Positions 1 through 7,799 of a stretch of DNA of 38,218 nt are shown here, in pieces. A program made the translations under genes and the position numbers. The stretch is taken from the NCBI GenBank assembly GCA_030149585.1, contig JASFBJ010000001.1, forward strand, positions 1 to 38,218. Direction: 5' to 3'. Source of the stretch: Desulfobacterales bacterium (GTDB lineage Bacteria > Desulfobacterota > Desulfobacteria > Desulfobacterales > JASFBJ01). A model generated the notes under the pieces. The model saw nothing but the letters and a program-made list of their open reading frames with translations, searched no databases and had not been told where the DNA came from. Each line of letters opens with the position of its first letter. Positions within the stretch are counted from its first letter, which is position 1.

Positions 1-720
1 AATGGAAAAGCCGGATATTAAACGGGTCACGCCGCTTTGCAGAGAGGTTATGATTTGGGGCAGATCCCGATGCACCATGCGAGGGGCAATTAAACCAAGA
101 TACTGGTTTTTTCTTACTGCTTGCAGTATTTTATTAATAGCAAGGCTATAAGCGCTAACTGAGCGGTGAACAGTATGAATGCTTTTTTTGCTTTTTTCAG
201 CCTCGTGCATCAAGGCCAGAGCGCTGGATTTTAAGGTGGCGACCTCATCTGCAATTTTTTGACCCTCAACCAGCCTGTCAAAAACTGCCATTGAATAGAC
301 CCTGCCATTGATCTTGTCAAAATAGCGATCCTCGATCCTGGCGCCTTCAATCTCAATTTCAACCCGGGCAGCAGTACGTTCCCAAACATCCCGCTGATTA
401 AAAACTTTCTTTTGTGATGATGAAGAGGCTTCTCTCTCAAAGGTAGAGGAAAGCTGATTAATGGTTACCCTGATCTGTTTGGCAACTTGGGCAATTGCCT
501 TGGAATCCGCCTGAGCCTGGGAAGCTGCGGTATCATCTCGTTCCACGAGAGCGCTGCCGACTCCTGTAATAAAAAAATCAGATGGATACTGCTTGATTCC
601 CCCTGTATGAACCCATTGGGGCAGAGCAGAATCTGGAGACATGGTTTTTTTACCCGGCACACAGGCGAAAAGCAAAAACCAGACCGACCATATGGTAAAA
701 AATAATATCTTTTTTTTCAT
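1..720 (-). CDS. LPP20/FlgP-like lipoprotein, N-terminal 240 codons only (C-terminus lies beyond the left window edge)
   Basis: Hand translation of the minus strand from ATG (720-718) gives 240 sense codons with no stop down to base 1 (MKKKILFFTIWSVWFLLFACVPGKK...). It is absent from the ORF track because it has no stop inside the window. It has a signal peptide plus lipobox (LLFAC). The stretch FITGVGSA...AASQAQADSKAIAQVAKQIRVTI resembles LPP20-type lipoproteins and the product of 878..1438. Confidence 0.6.
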   Translation of the reverse strand, partial: MKKKILFFTIWSVWFLLFACVPGKKTMSPDSALPQWVHTGGIKQYPSDFFITGVGSALVERDDTAASQAQADSKAIAQVAKQIRVTINQLSSTFEREASSSSQKKVFNQRDVWERTAARVEIEIEGARIEDRYFDKINGRVYSMAVFDRLVEGQKIADEVATLKSSALALMHEAEKSKKSIHTVHRSVSAYSLAINKILQAVRKNQYLGLIAPRMVHRDLPQIITSLQSGVTRLISGFSI

Positions 721-807
721 AACGCCACCTATTCCGGGTAACCGCATTTTTAAATTATATTTACTAAAAACCTGGTCATTTAAAAGGGTTAAACTTATTA
801 TATCCAA

Positions 808-851
808 TCAAAAACCCAGAGACCACTGGGAATTTATCTCCCAATGGTCTC
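808..851 (-). terminator. Rho-independent terminator after the 878..1438 gene
   Basis: GAGACCACTGGGA (819-831) pairs with TCCCAATGGTCTC (839-851), 12 of 13 bp with a 7-nt loop. On the minus strand it is followed by GGGTTTTTGA. Confidence 0.55.
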
Positions 852-877
852 CTTGCTAAATACTAGTACAACTGCAA

Positions 878-1438
878 CTATTTATTTTCCAACTTTTCAA
901 GTTCGTTGTGCATTTTATCGGCATTAGATCTCACATAATCACGTACCTTGCTGTCCAGTTCCTTATAGCTATCCAGGGTATCTTTGAAAGCTTCCAGATC
1001 CAGTTTGCATAGTGCGAAAAGTGAGCCGTCTTGAGGATCAAGCCAGTGATCTACAATGGTTGCCCCGTGCAAGGTTGTCTTTGAAAAAGTTTTCAGAGCC
1101 TGTTCCACATGCTGCTCCTCAGAGGATGCAGACATATCTCCGGCAGTGGTGGAAGCCATATAATCCTTGGCCAGTACCGCCACGTAGCTCTCCAGAATCT
1201 TGGCTATTTCCGCCCTGGAACGATTATCAGCGGCGGTTCGCAAAAGAGCCCTGTTTTTTATGCCGGAGGCTACACCAACACCGTAAAAAACCTTTCCACC
1301 TGCATCATCAAAGGCGCCGCTGCCTTTCCAGACCCAATCCGGTCCTTTCATGTTTTTGGATTGTGATGCGCAGCTTGTAAACAGAAAAAGAGCTGCTATT
1401 ACCATTACCAACAAAACCATTAAACGATTGACTTTCAT
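878..1438 (-). CDS. LPP20-like exported lipoprotein
   Basis: 186-aa ORF with AAGGAGG 6 nt upstream of the ATG. Signal peptide with lipobox (LFTSC). Core GVGVASGIKNRALLRTAADNRSRAEIAKILESYV is typical of LPP20/FlgP-type lipoproteins. Confidence 0.6.
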   Translation of the reverse strand: MKVNRLMVLLVMVIAALFLFTSCASQSKNMKGPDWVWKGSGAFDDAGGKVFYGVGVASGIKNRALLRTAADNRSRAEIAKILESYVAVLAKDYMASTTAGDMSASSEEQHVEQALKTFSKTTLHGATIVDHWLDPQDGSLFALCKLDLEAFKDTLDSYKELDSKVRDYVRSNADKMHNELEKLENK

Positions 1439-1440
1439 TA

Positions 1441-2610
1441 CTACCTCCTTTTTTTACCTTTTTTAAAATCTTGAATCATATCGTGCATTTCTTCCATCAT
1501 ATCTTCCATCTCCTTCATTCCCTCGATCAATTCATCCATATCAAAAGGTTTTTTTTCTGTCAGAATTTGACCTTTGGCAGGCCCCTGGGCAATCACTTCA
1601 TCTTTGGGTAATGCAGGCGAAATTTTTTCAGATGGCGAAGGACCAGGCGGAACGGCCTTTGGGGGAGCAAGAGGAGTCGCTTTAGGGGGACGGCTTTCCT
1701 CTTTTTGGGGTAAAGGAGTTATAGCGGGTGTTTGTTCAGACTTTTGGATTACTGGTTTTTTCTCAGGTTGTACTGGTGTTGTTATAACCGGCTCAACTTT
1801 TTTAGGGGTTTTTGCTTTGGGAACCTGGGGTTCAACCTGAGCAGGTGCACTGGCAACCGGTTTTTTAGCTTTTATCTGATAGCCTTTCTCATTCAGCCAT
1901 TTAATAGCAACATTTGATTTAATGGAAAAATTGACATCTGTGATGGTCAATCCATCCGAGGCTTTGCGGGCAATCATGGAGTTGATTCCAATCATATCTC
2001 CATTTTCATCCAAAAGCGGGCCTCCGGAATTACCCCTGTTAATACTGGCATCTGTTTGAAAAAGATGCTTACCGGAAATACCGCCGTAATTACGCCAGTA
2101 GGCACTAACTACGCCGGTTGTTAAGCTCCAGAGACCGCCTTGTTCAGGATGACCGATAGCATAAACTTTTTCGCCGATTGAAACTGGTTCGGAATCAGCA
2201 AAACTAACCATCGCGAGATCCCCGGCAGGTTTTATAATTTTTATCAGGGCAAGATCCAGAGGAATATCATAGGCAATTATTTTGCCCCGATATCCTTTAG
2301 CCAGATCTTTTTTCATGTCTCCGGTAACTCTGGCCGGTTTCAGATAAATTGATATATCCGCCAGTAATTTAGACGAGTTTTTCTGGGTAAAAAGATGAGC
2401 ATTGGTTATAATCAGCCCATCTTTGCGAATAATTGATCCTGTGCCGCCACTGCCTGATTGGGAGCCTTCTGAAGCAAAAATAAACACAACTCCAGGGCCG
2501 GCACTTTTGTATATCATTTTTGGCGTCATTGCCATGGCCTGAACCGTAACCAAGAAAATCCCGGTTAGAAGCAGACTCAAAATTATTTTGGCCTGAACTC
2601 TTTTTTTCAT
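1441..2610 (-). CDS. Secreted trypsin-like (S1C/DegP-like, no PDZ seen) serine protease with Pro-rich linker and Met/acid-rich C-terminal tail
   Basis: Motifs IITNAHL (His), LDLALIK (Asp) and GNSGGPLL (Ser); N-terminal signal peptide. The ATG at 2610 is preferred over 2622 because GGAGGTG lies directly upstream of it. Confidence 0.8.
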   Translation of the reverse strand: MKKRVQAKIILSLLLTGIFLVTVQAMAMTPKMIYKSAGPGVVFIFASEGSQSGSGGTGSIIRKDGLIITNAHLFTQKNSSKLLADISIYLKPARVTGDMKKDLAKGYRGKIIAYDIPLDLALIKIIKPAGDLAMVSFADSEPVSIGEKVYAIGHPEQGGLWSLTTGVVSAYWRNYGGISGKHLFQTDASINRGNSGGPLLDENGDMIGINSMIARKASDGLTITDVNFSIKSNVAIKWLNEKGYQIKAKKPVASAPAQVEPQVPKAKTPKKVEPVITTPVQPEKKPVIQKSEQTPAITPLPQKEESRPPKATPLAPPKAVPPGPSPSEKISPALPKDEVIAQGPAKGQILTEKKPFDMDELIEGMKEMEDMMEEMHDMIQDFKKGKKRR

Positions 2611-2725
2611 ATTCACCTCCATTTAAATCTTATTATTTAAATCAATTAAATCGGGTTAATCTGAAAGCTTGCAGTTTTGATTCGGGTTTTATCTATTTTA
2701 TATCTCCGGTTTATATCTCCGGTTT

Positions 2726-4087
2726 TTATCTCTGATTTTTATCTCCAGCTAAGCGGGCACCTTCACTGGAAGGAGCGATAGACGATGCTTTTTGCCAGAA
2801 TTCATTAGCATTTGTTGAGTCACCGGCCAGTTCAGCGTAAACATTTCCGATTTTATAGTACATCATGGCTTTAAATTGAACATCCTGATTAATTCGGGCT
2901 GCCTCTTTATAGGCATCTGTTGCAATCAAGGATAATTTGTTTTTTTTCCGTTGAGACGCAAGTTTTTTGCCGAAAGCATAATTACTATCGCCTTTAAATA
3001 CCAGAGCCTCTACAAAATTTGGGTCATAATAAATTGCTTTGGCAATCATTTTATTTACTTTGCGAAGATTTTCAGCAATATTAAAAACTTTGGCATAATA
3101 AAAAAAGACATTGGGCGAGGTGGGATAACGGCCATAGATTATTTTAAGACGTCCCATGGTTTGCTTATATCGGGTTTTCCAAAGAGGCTGGCCACTCTCT
3201 TTTAATTGCCTTATATCTTCTATCATGGGATCAATTTCCGATAGTTGCATCTGAACGCCTCCAGCAGCAGGGCTACTGCCAGATGGCGGTGTATAACTGC
3301 TGCCAAAACTGCTGGTTGACAAAGCTTTGCGCGGTGTAACAAGACTTTTTACTAATTGCCCATAATGAATACCATTTGTTGCGTTTTCACTGATTATGTC
3401 GGCCTCCGCCATATTATCCCGAACCGATCTGATTTCAATCTTGCCTGTTTGAATTTTTTCAACATCAAGGACTTCGCCGGTTTTAGGGTGCTTAATAATC
3501 TTGCCTTCTTTATAAACGATAAATTGCATACCTTCTTTAACACCGGCTTTTCTGCCTAAATCAATGGATACTGAATTATCCTTTTTTAAAACAACATACC
3601 CTTCCAGAGGGAAATCCTTGATTATAATCTCGGCCATCTGTTTGACCAGGTCTTCAAGCCGGGTAGTGCTTGTACTTTTTACGCTCTCAGCTGTAATAAT
3701 GGAGGCGCTTTCCACATCAATAATTCTGGCGTTAACCTCGGTCATATTTTGAAATTTCATAACCGAGCCGGAGATGATTACCTTGACCCCCAGCAGTTTT
3801 CCAAGTTTGGTGGCGCTGGTCTCATTTACTACCCCGGTCATTACCAGCTTTTGTTCTCCCAGTATTTTTTTTAATAATCGCCGTTCAATTAAATCAAATC
3901 GGCCATCTTTAACAAGAGCCGTAATCAGCCATTCAGCAACAATTTTTCCCATATCAACGGTTTCATGGCCCTGGCCCTGAAGCTGAAAATCGAGTACTGC
4001 GATTTTAGTTCTTTGAAAGTCGGCAAATCCTGTTGCCGGCATAGCAAATATTATAAATATAGATAGAATAAGGATAAGTTGTTTCAT
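2726..4087 (-). CDS. Exported CsgG/FlgO/LpoB-fold domain protein with middle beta-barrel (FlgT_C-like) domain and C-terminal TPR repeats
   Basis: 453-aa ORF with AAGGAG RBS and a signal peptide. N-terminal pattern KIAVLDF...WLITALVKDGRFDLIERRLLKKILGEQKL...ATKLGKLLGVKVIISGSV matches the CsgG/FlgO/TolB_N-type fold. The C-terminal YYAKVF...YYDPNF...AYKEAARINQ...YYKIGNVYAEL looks like TPR. Confidence 0.55.
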   Translation of the reverse strand: MKQLILILSIFIIFAMPATGFADFQRTKIAVLDFQLQGQGHETVDMGKIVAEWLITALVKDGRFDLIERRLLKKILGEQKLVMTGVVNETSATKLGKLLGVKVIISGSVMKFQNMTEVNARIIDVESASIITAESVKSTSTTRLEDLVKQMAEIIIKDFPLEGYVVLKKDNSVSIDLGRKAGVKEGMQFIVYKEGKIIKHPKTGEVLDVEKIQTGKIEIRSVRDNMAEADIISENATNGIHYGQLVKSLVTPRKALSTSSFGSSYTPPSGSSPAAGGVQMQLSEIDPMIEDIRQLKESGQPLWKTRYKQTMGRLKIIYGRYPTSPNVFFYYAKVFNIAENLRKVNKMIAKAIYYDPNFVEALVFKGDSNYAFGKKLASQRKKNKLSLIATDAYKEAARINQDVQFKAMMYYKIGNVYAELAGDSTNANEFWQKASSIAPSSEGARLAGDKNQR

Positions 4088-4103
4088 GGAATATCTCCTT
4101 AAT

Positions 4104-5216
4104 TTATTTTAAATAAATAACCACGGAAGAGCCCTCAATTTCACTGACTGATAAAACTTTTTCTGAGATTATTTTACCATCAGCGGCCTCACTGAAACTA
4201 TCTGCATTGCCTTTATAAAGGACTGTCAATTTAAGACGGCCCTTGCTAAAACTGCGTTTAGTAACTGAAACCACTCTGTTAAGGCTTTTAATTATCCTGC
4301 GTACAGCCTTTTGTGTTTGAAAATCAGTAACATTTTTTATGGTGACATCAAGAGGTACGCCATTATTTATCATATCCTGAAAGGAGCTGATTGTTTTTTC
4401 AAATAGTCCCTGATCCATGAGTTTGATGGCGGCTTTTTCAGTTGCTTTGGTTTGAGCCATTGCCACTGAAGTATGAACAGCACCACTAACCGTGGTGAAA
4501 GTGGCAATGATTCTTGCGCTAGAGCAGTTGATTATTTTTGCCGAAATACTGGCCTGCCCTGATTTCAGGCCGGTTTCACTTAAAAAATCACTGGTTGAGG
4601 TGTCTTTGGTTACCTTGCCGATTATCATATAGTCGGCCCCATTGGAAGACCCAATGCGTGCGGCAGCTACTGGATCACCTGCCATGGCCTGCTGGATAAA
4701 TCCATCCCCTTTTTTCATCAGGGCTGCAACCGACGCTACATCAACAACAGTGAACTGTTTTTCTCTTAAATAATTAATAATTGTGTTTTCCCCGGTTTTG
4801 CCGTTTTTTTCAGCCACCATGACCATCATCCTGGGTCTATCCATGGATTCCAGTAAAATTTTCAGGGCAACAAGGTCGGATTTAATACTTGCCAGGGAAA
4901 CAATTGCATTAATTTTAACCAGATAGGAGCCATCTGCACGCTTGATCTTTTCCAAAATATCTACCTTTTTAACAGATCCCATGGCTCTGGAAAGGATAAT
5001 ATCTTTTTGAAGTTCAAAATTATTTATTTCAGTTTGAGAAATAATAAAAGTCCCGATTCCCTGTTCAACTGCATTTCGTTTGGCTGCCAAAAGGGCTGAA
5101 TTTTCCGTTGAACCGGTTCCCTGAGCCTGGACAGGAATGTCTTTGTTTTGATTTGCTGCAATGGCAAGAGAAATGGGAATAATAATCAGCATAAATAAAA
5201 GATATTTGATCTTCAC
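4104..5216 (-). CDS. Exported FlgT-like three-domain periplasmic protein
   Basis: 370-aa ORF with a GTG start preceded by GGGAGG, and a signal peptide. The N-terminal AQGTG...ALLAAKRNAVEQGIGTFI is LPP20/FlgT_N-like. The middle RPRMMVMVAEKNG...ADYMIIGKV is CsgG/TolB_N-like. Size and domain order resemble Vibrio FlgT. Assigned by eye only. Confidence 0.45.
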   Translation of the reverse strand: MKIKYLLFMLIIIPISLAIAANQNKDIPVQAQGTGSTENSALLAAKRNAVEQGIGTFIISQTEINNFELQKDIILSRAMGSVKKVDILEKIKRADGSYLVKINAIVSLASIKSDLVALKILLESMDRPRMMVMVAEKNGKTGENTIINYLREKQFTVVDVASVAALMKKGDGFIQQAMAGDPVAAARIGSSNGADYMIIGKVTKDTSTSDFLSETGLKSGQASISAKIINCSSARIIATFTTVSGAVHTSVAMAQTKATEKAAIKLMDQGLFEKTISSFQDMINNGVPLDVTIKNVTDFQTQKAVRRIIKSLNRVVSVTKRSFSKGRLKLTVLYKGNADSFSEAADGKIISEKVLSVSEIEGSSVVIYLK

Positions 5217-5658
5217 TTCCGACCTCCCAAAAAGGTTATTGCAAAATTAAATAAACATAAATTTATATCATAGTTTTTTTATTAAAATAATAATGCGGTG
5301 TTATAACCGTATAAACAGCATATAAGCCATAAAAAAATGGCCATGTCAAGCAGATGAGAAAAATCGTAATTTATGTCTTTCGAGGTATCTATCTTCTTAT
5401 TCCCAAGTTCCAGCTTAAAAACAAGAAGGAAAAATCCATAGCGGTTGCAAGTTTCGTGCTAAAATTATACATATTTAAAACATATAAAGAATTGGTTGTA
5501 AAATCAAACACTAAGATAAGTATGGCTATTTTATATATAATATGATTATGAATTTTTTTACATAAAAAATATGTAATTTATACACCAATTATGTAATAAA
5601 TTTCATATACGCCGCCAGATAGAACTCGTATATTTCCAAACATAAATATGCAATTTTA

Positions 5659-5684
5659 GGAAGTTATTTTGTCCTCGTTCCTTA
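5659..5684. repeat. Solo right arm of the 71-nt hairpin repeat family (see 32166..32236)
   Basis: ggaagttattttgtcctcgttcctta is 25/26 identical to 32212-32238. It lies immediately 3' of the FabZ-like stop codon. Confidence 0.7.
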
Positions 5685-5686
5685 GT

Positions 5687-6154
5687 TTATGGCGTTAAAG
5701 CCATGGCCAAAGACAGGGTTCCTTTGGCAATTATTTTTTCGGCAACCATGGCAAAGGTCTCAAACATAAATAAAGAGCCAATGTTTTTTAGCAGATTGGA
5801 ATGTAAAATCAGAGTATCTCCTGGACAGGCTGTTGTTAGATATTTCATGGATACTTTGCCAAGCACATATTGATCTTTTGGTTGTTTAAGCGCGGTTTTG
5901 CTTTGGGTTCGATTAAGCTCAAGCAATATCCCGCTGGTTTGGGCCAGGGCTTCTGTAATCAAAACCCCAGGCATTATGGGCCGCTTTGGAAAATGGCCTT
6001 TAAAAAACCAGGCATCTGCTGCAAGCTTTAGCGAAGCTGTAAGTTTTTCACCTGATTTAAATGTCAAAATTTGATCCACCAGCAGAAATGGTTCGCGGTG
6101 GGGCAGAATTTGTTTAATTAATTCAGGGTTATTAAATCGCGAATAAATAGTCAT
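5687..6154 (-). CDS. FabZ/FabA-like 3-hydroxyacyl-ACP dehydratase (hot-dog fold)
   Basis: HREPFLLVD...FFKGHFPKRPIMPGVLITEALAQTSG retains the catalytic His (GHFP) and Glu (TEALAQ). ATGA overlap with the upstream gene at 6151-6154. Confidence 0.8.
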   Translation of the reverse strand: MTIYSRFNNPELIKQILPHREPFLLVDQILTFKSGEKLTASLKLAADAWFFKGHFPKRPIMPGVLITEALAQTSGILLELNRTQSKTALKQPKDQYVLGKVSMKYLTTACPGDTLILHSNLLKNIGSLFMFETFAMVAEKIIAKGTLSLAMALTP

Positions 6155-7107
6155 GAAGATTCAAGGCCTTTTATTATTTTCACAGTATTTTGCAGCCTTT
6201 TCGCAGATGATGTATTCAAAATCGTTAAATTCCGATCTATCCAGCGTACAGTACCGCAAATTACAGCTCCCGGACCGACTTCAAGGAGCGTCCCTGGAAA
6301 TTGTTTTTTTATCATCTTAATCAGCTCAACCCACCTGACAGTACTGCTTAACTGGTCAGCCATAACCTTTATCAGCTTTTGCTGATTTTTAACAGGTGTT
6401 AAGGTGTGGTAGGAAATCAGGGGAATCATCGGGTTATTTAATGAAAAACCATCTGATTTTTTTAAAAAATGCCGTCCGGCCCCCAGCATAAAGGTCGAAT
6501 GATAAGCGCATTTGGCAGGCAGGAGATAAGCATCCAACGCGCCAATACCAATGGCTTTTTCCATAATTTGTTCAACAGAGGGCAACCGACCGGATATAAT
6601 TATTTGCCTTGGCGTATTAATAATAGCAATCGCAACATCTGATTTATTGGCGCAAAGGTCATTTAACTGCTCAATAGAGAGTCCAAATATAACGGCCATT
6701 GCCCCGTTTACAACTGAGCATTTTGCAATAAGGGCTTCACCGGCAATCTTTACGATTTTAAGCCCAAGGGAAAAATCAAAACAGCCTGCACAATAAGCAG
6801 CTCCATAAAAACCCGAACTGTAGCCGGCAGCGACCTGGGGTAAAATATTATGCTTTTTTAAAATATCGGTAAGGCAGCAGCTATTTACATAAACCGCCAG
6901 TTGAGCGTTTAGATCCTGATTCAGCTCTGTTTCCGGGCCATTAAAACAAAGTTTTTTTAAAGAAAAACCAAGAATTTTATCTGCCTTATTAAAAAGAATC
7001 CGAGCCTCAGGAAAGGCTTCATACAGGTCCGCTCCCATACCGACTTTTTGCGAGCCCTGACCAGGGTATAAAAAGGCAATATTATCGGCCATCGACTCCA
7101 ATCCCAT
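6151..7107 (-). CDS. FabD-like acyltransferase (malonyl-CoA:ACP transacylase superfamily, divergent active site)
   Basis: FLYPGQGSQKVGMG N-terminal motif; GYSSG nucleophile elbow encoded at 6811-6825; AYHS His motif. The start may be the second ATG at 7092 (MADNIAFLYPGQGSQ). Confidence 0.75.
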   Translation of the reverse strand: MGLESMADNIAFLYPGQGSQKVGMGADLYEAFPEARILFNKADKILGFSLKKLCFNGPETELNQDLNAQLAVYVNSCCLTDILKKHNILPQVAAGYSSGFYGAAYCAGCFDFSLGLKIVKIAGEALIAKCSVVNGAMAVIFGLSIEQLNDLCANKSDVAIAIINTPRQIIISGRLPSVEQIMEKAIGIGALDAYLLPAKCAYHSTFMLGAGRHFLKKSDGFSLNNPMIPLISYHTLTPVKNQQKLIKVMADQLSSTVRWVELIKMIKKQFPGTLLEVGPGAVICGTVRWIDRNLTILNTSSAKRLQNTVKIIKGLESS

Positions 7108-7798
7108 CTATTTCAATTTCTTTTACAGGCAGATTTATATCAAAAATTTTTTGAGGCAAATTTTCATTAATGGCCTCATATTGCAGTTGCAATTCAGTTG
7201 AATCCCCTTTTTTTTCCACAAAAAAAAGTTTTTCAGGTAACCAGAGGGATGTTTTTACTGTAATTTCAATCGTTTGTATAATTTTGCTCACAGACTTTTT
7301 TTTAGGATATAATTTAATGATATAACTGCCGGTCTGATCATCAGAGATCGCACTGATTTTATAGCGCTCTTTAAGCTGGGCAAGGGAAAGACCAAAACCA
7401 AAATATTTTTGCATAAAGGCATCTTTTGAACCAATATATTTTGTTTTTACTCTGTTGCCGACAGGGTCAAAAATAACCAGTTTTTTGTTGGCCAGCAGCA
7501 TTTCAAAGGGATCAGGATTTTGAACCTGAACTCGAATTTTTCCAGATCTTGAAAAAAAAATTTTCCCGGTTGAAATAAGTGGTTCGACTAATAATTCTGT
7601 TTTTTTTATCTGTTTAAAACCGGCAATAAAGGTTGTTAAACTGTTTTCCTGATTCTTGACGGCAATTAGAATCTCTTGCAGTTTAGCTTCTGAAATATTT
7701 AGAGCCAAAACCGGTCTAACTGGATAATAAACCAGTATTAATCCTATAACCAGCATTAGCGCAATTTGACCGGATATACCCTTGCAACAGGATTTCAT
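7082..7798 (-). CDS. LolA-like (outer-membrane lipoprotein carrier fold) periplasmic protein
   Basis: 238 aa with an N-terminal hydrophobic segment. The pattern F.Q...L....STGKIFFSRSGKIRVQVQNPDPFEMLLANKKLVIFDP is typical of the LolA family. There is a 1-nt gap to the upstream gene. Confidence 0.6.
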   Translation of the reverse strand: MKSCCKGISGQIALMLVIGLILVYYPVRPVLALNISEAKLQEILIAVKNQENSLTTFIAGFKQIKKTELLVEPLISTGKIFFSRSGKIRVQVQNPDPFEMLLANKKLVIFDPVGNRVKTKYIGSKDAFMQKYFGFGLSLAQLKERYKISAISDDQTGSYIIKLYPKKKSVSKIIQTIEITVKTSLWLPEKLFFVEKKGDSTELQLQYEAINENLPQKIFDINLPVKEIEIDGIGVDGR

Positions 7799-7799
7799 G

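Noticed and set aside
231-859. Four short track ORFs (231..440 -, 465..662 -, 487..705 +, 641..859 +).
   Set aside because: A different minus-strand frame is open for all 240 codons from 720 to the window edge. It encodes a sensible signal peptide/lipobox protein, so the short ORFs are out-of-frame or antisense shadows.
1012-1380. Antisense ORFs inside the LPP20-like gene. The same applies to the antisense ORFs inside the protease, purD-purE, ddl, feoB, kinase and TPR genes listed in the track.
   Set aside because: All lie opposite longer ORFs with clear family motifs and have no RBS or recognisable domains. They are typical shadow ORFs.
5354-5545. 63-aa ORF in the 470-bp AT-rich region upstream of the FlgT-like gene.
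   Set aside because: It has no RBS and an AT-driven K/I/F-rich composition. The region is more plausibly promoter or non-coding DNA.
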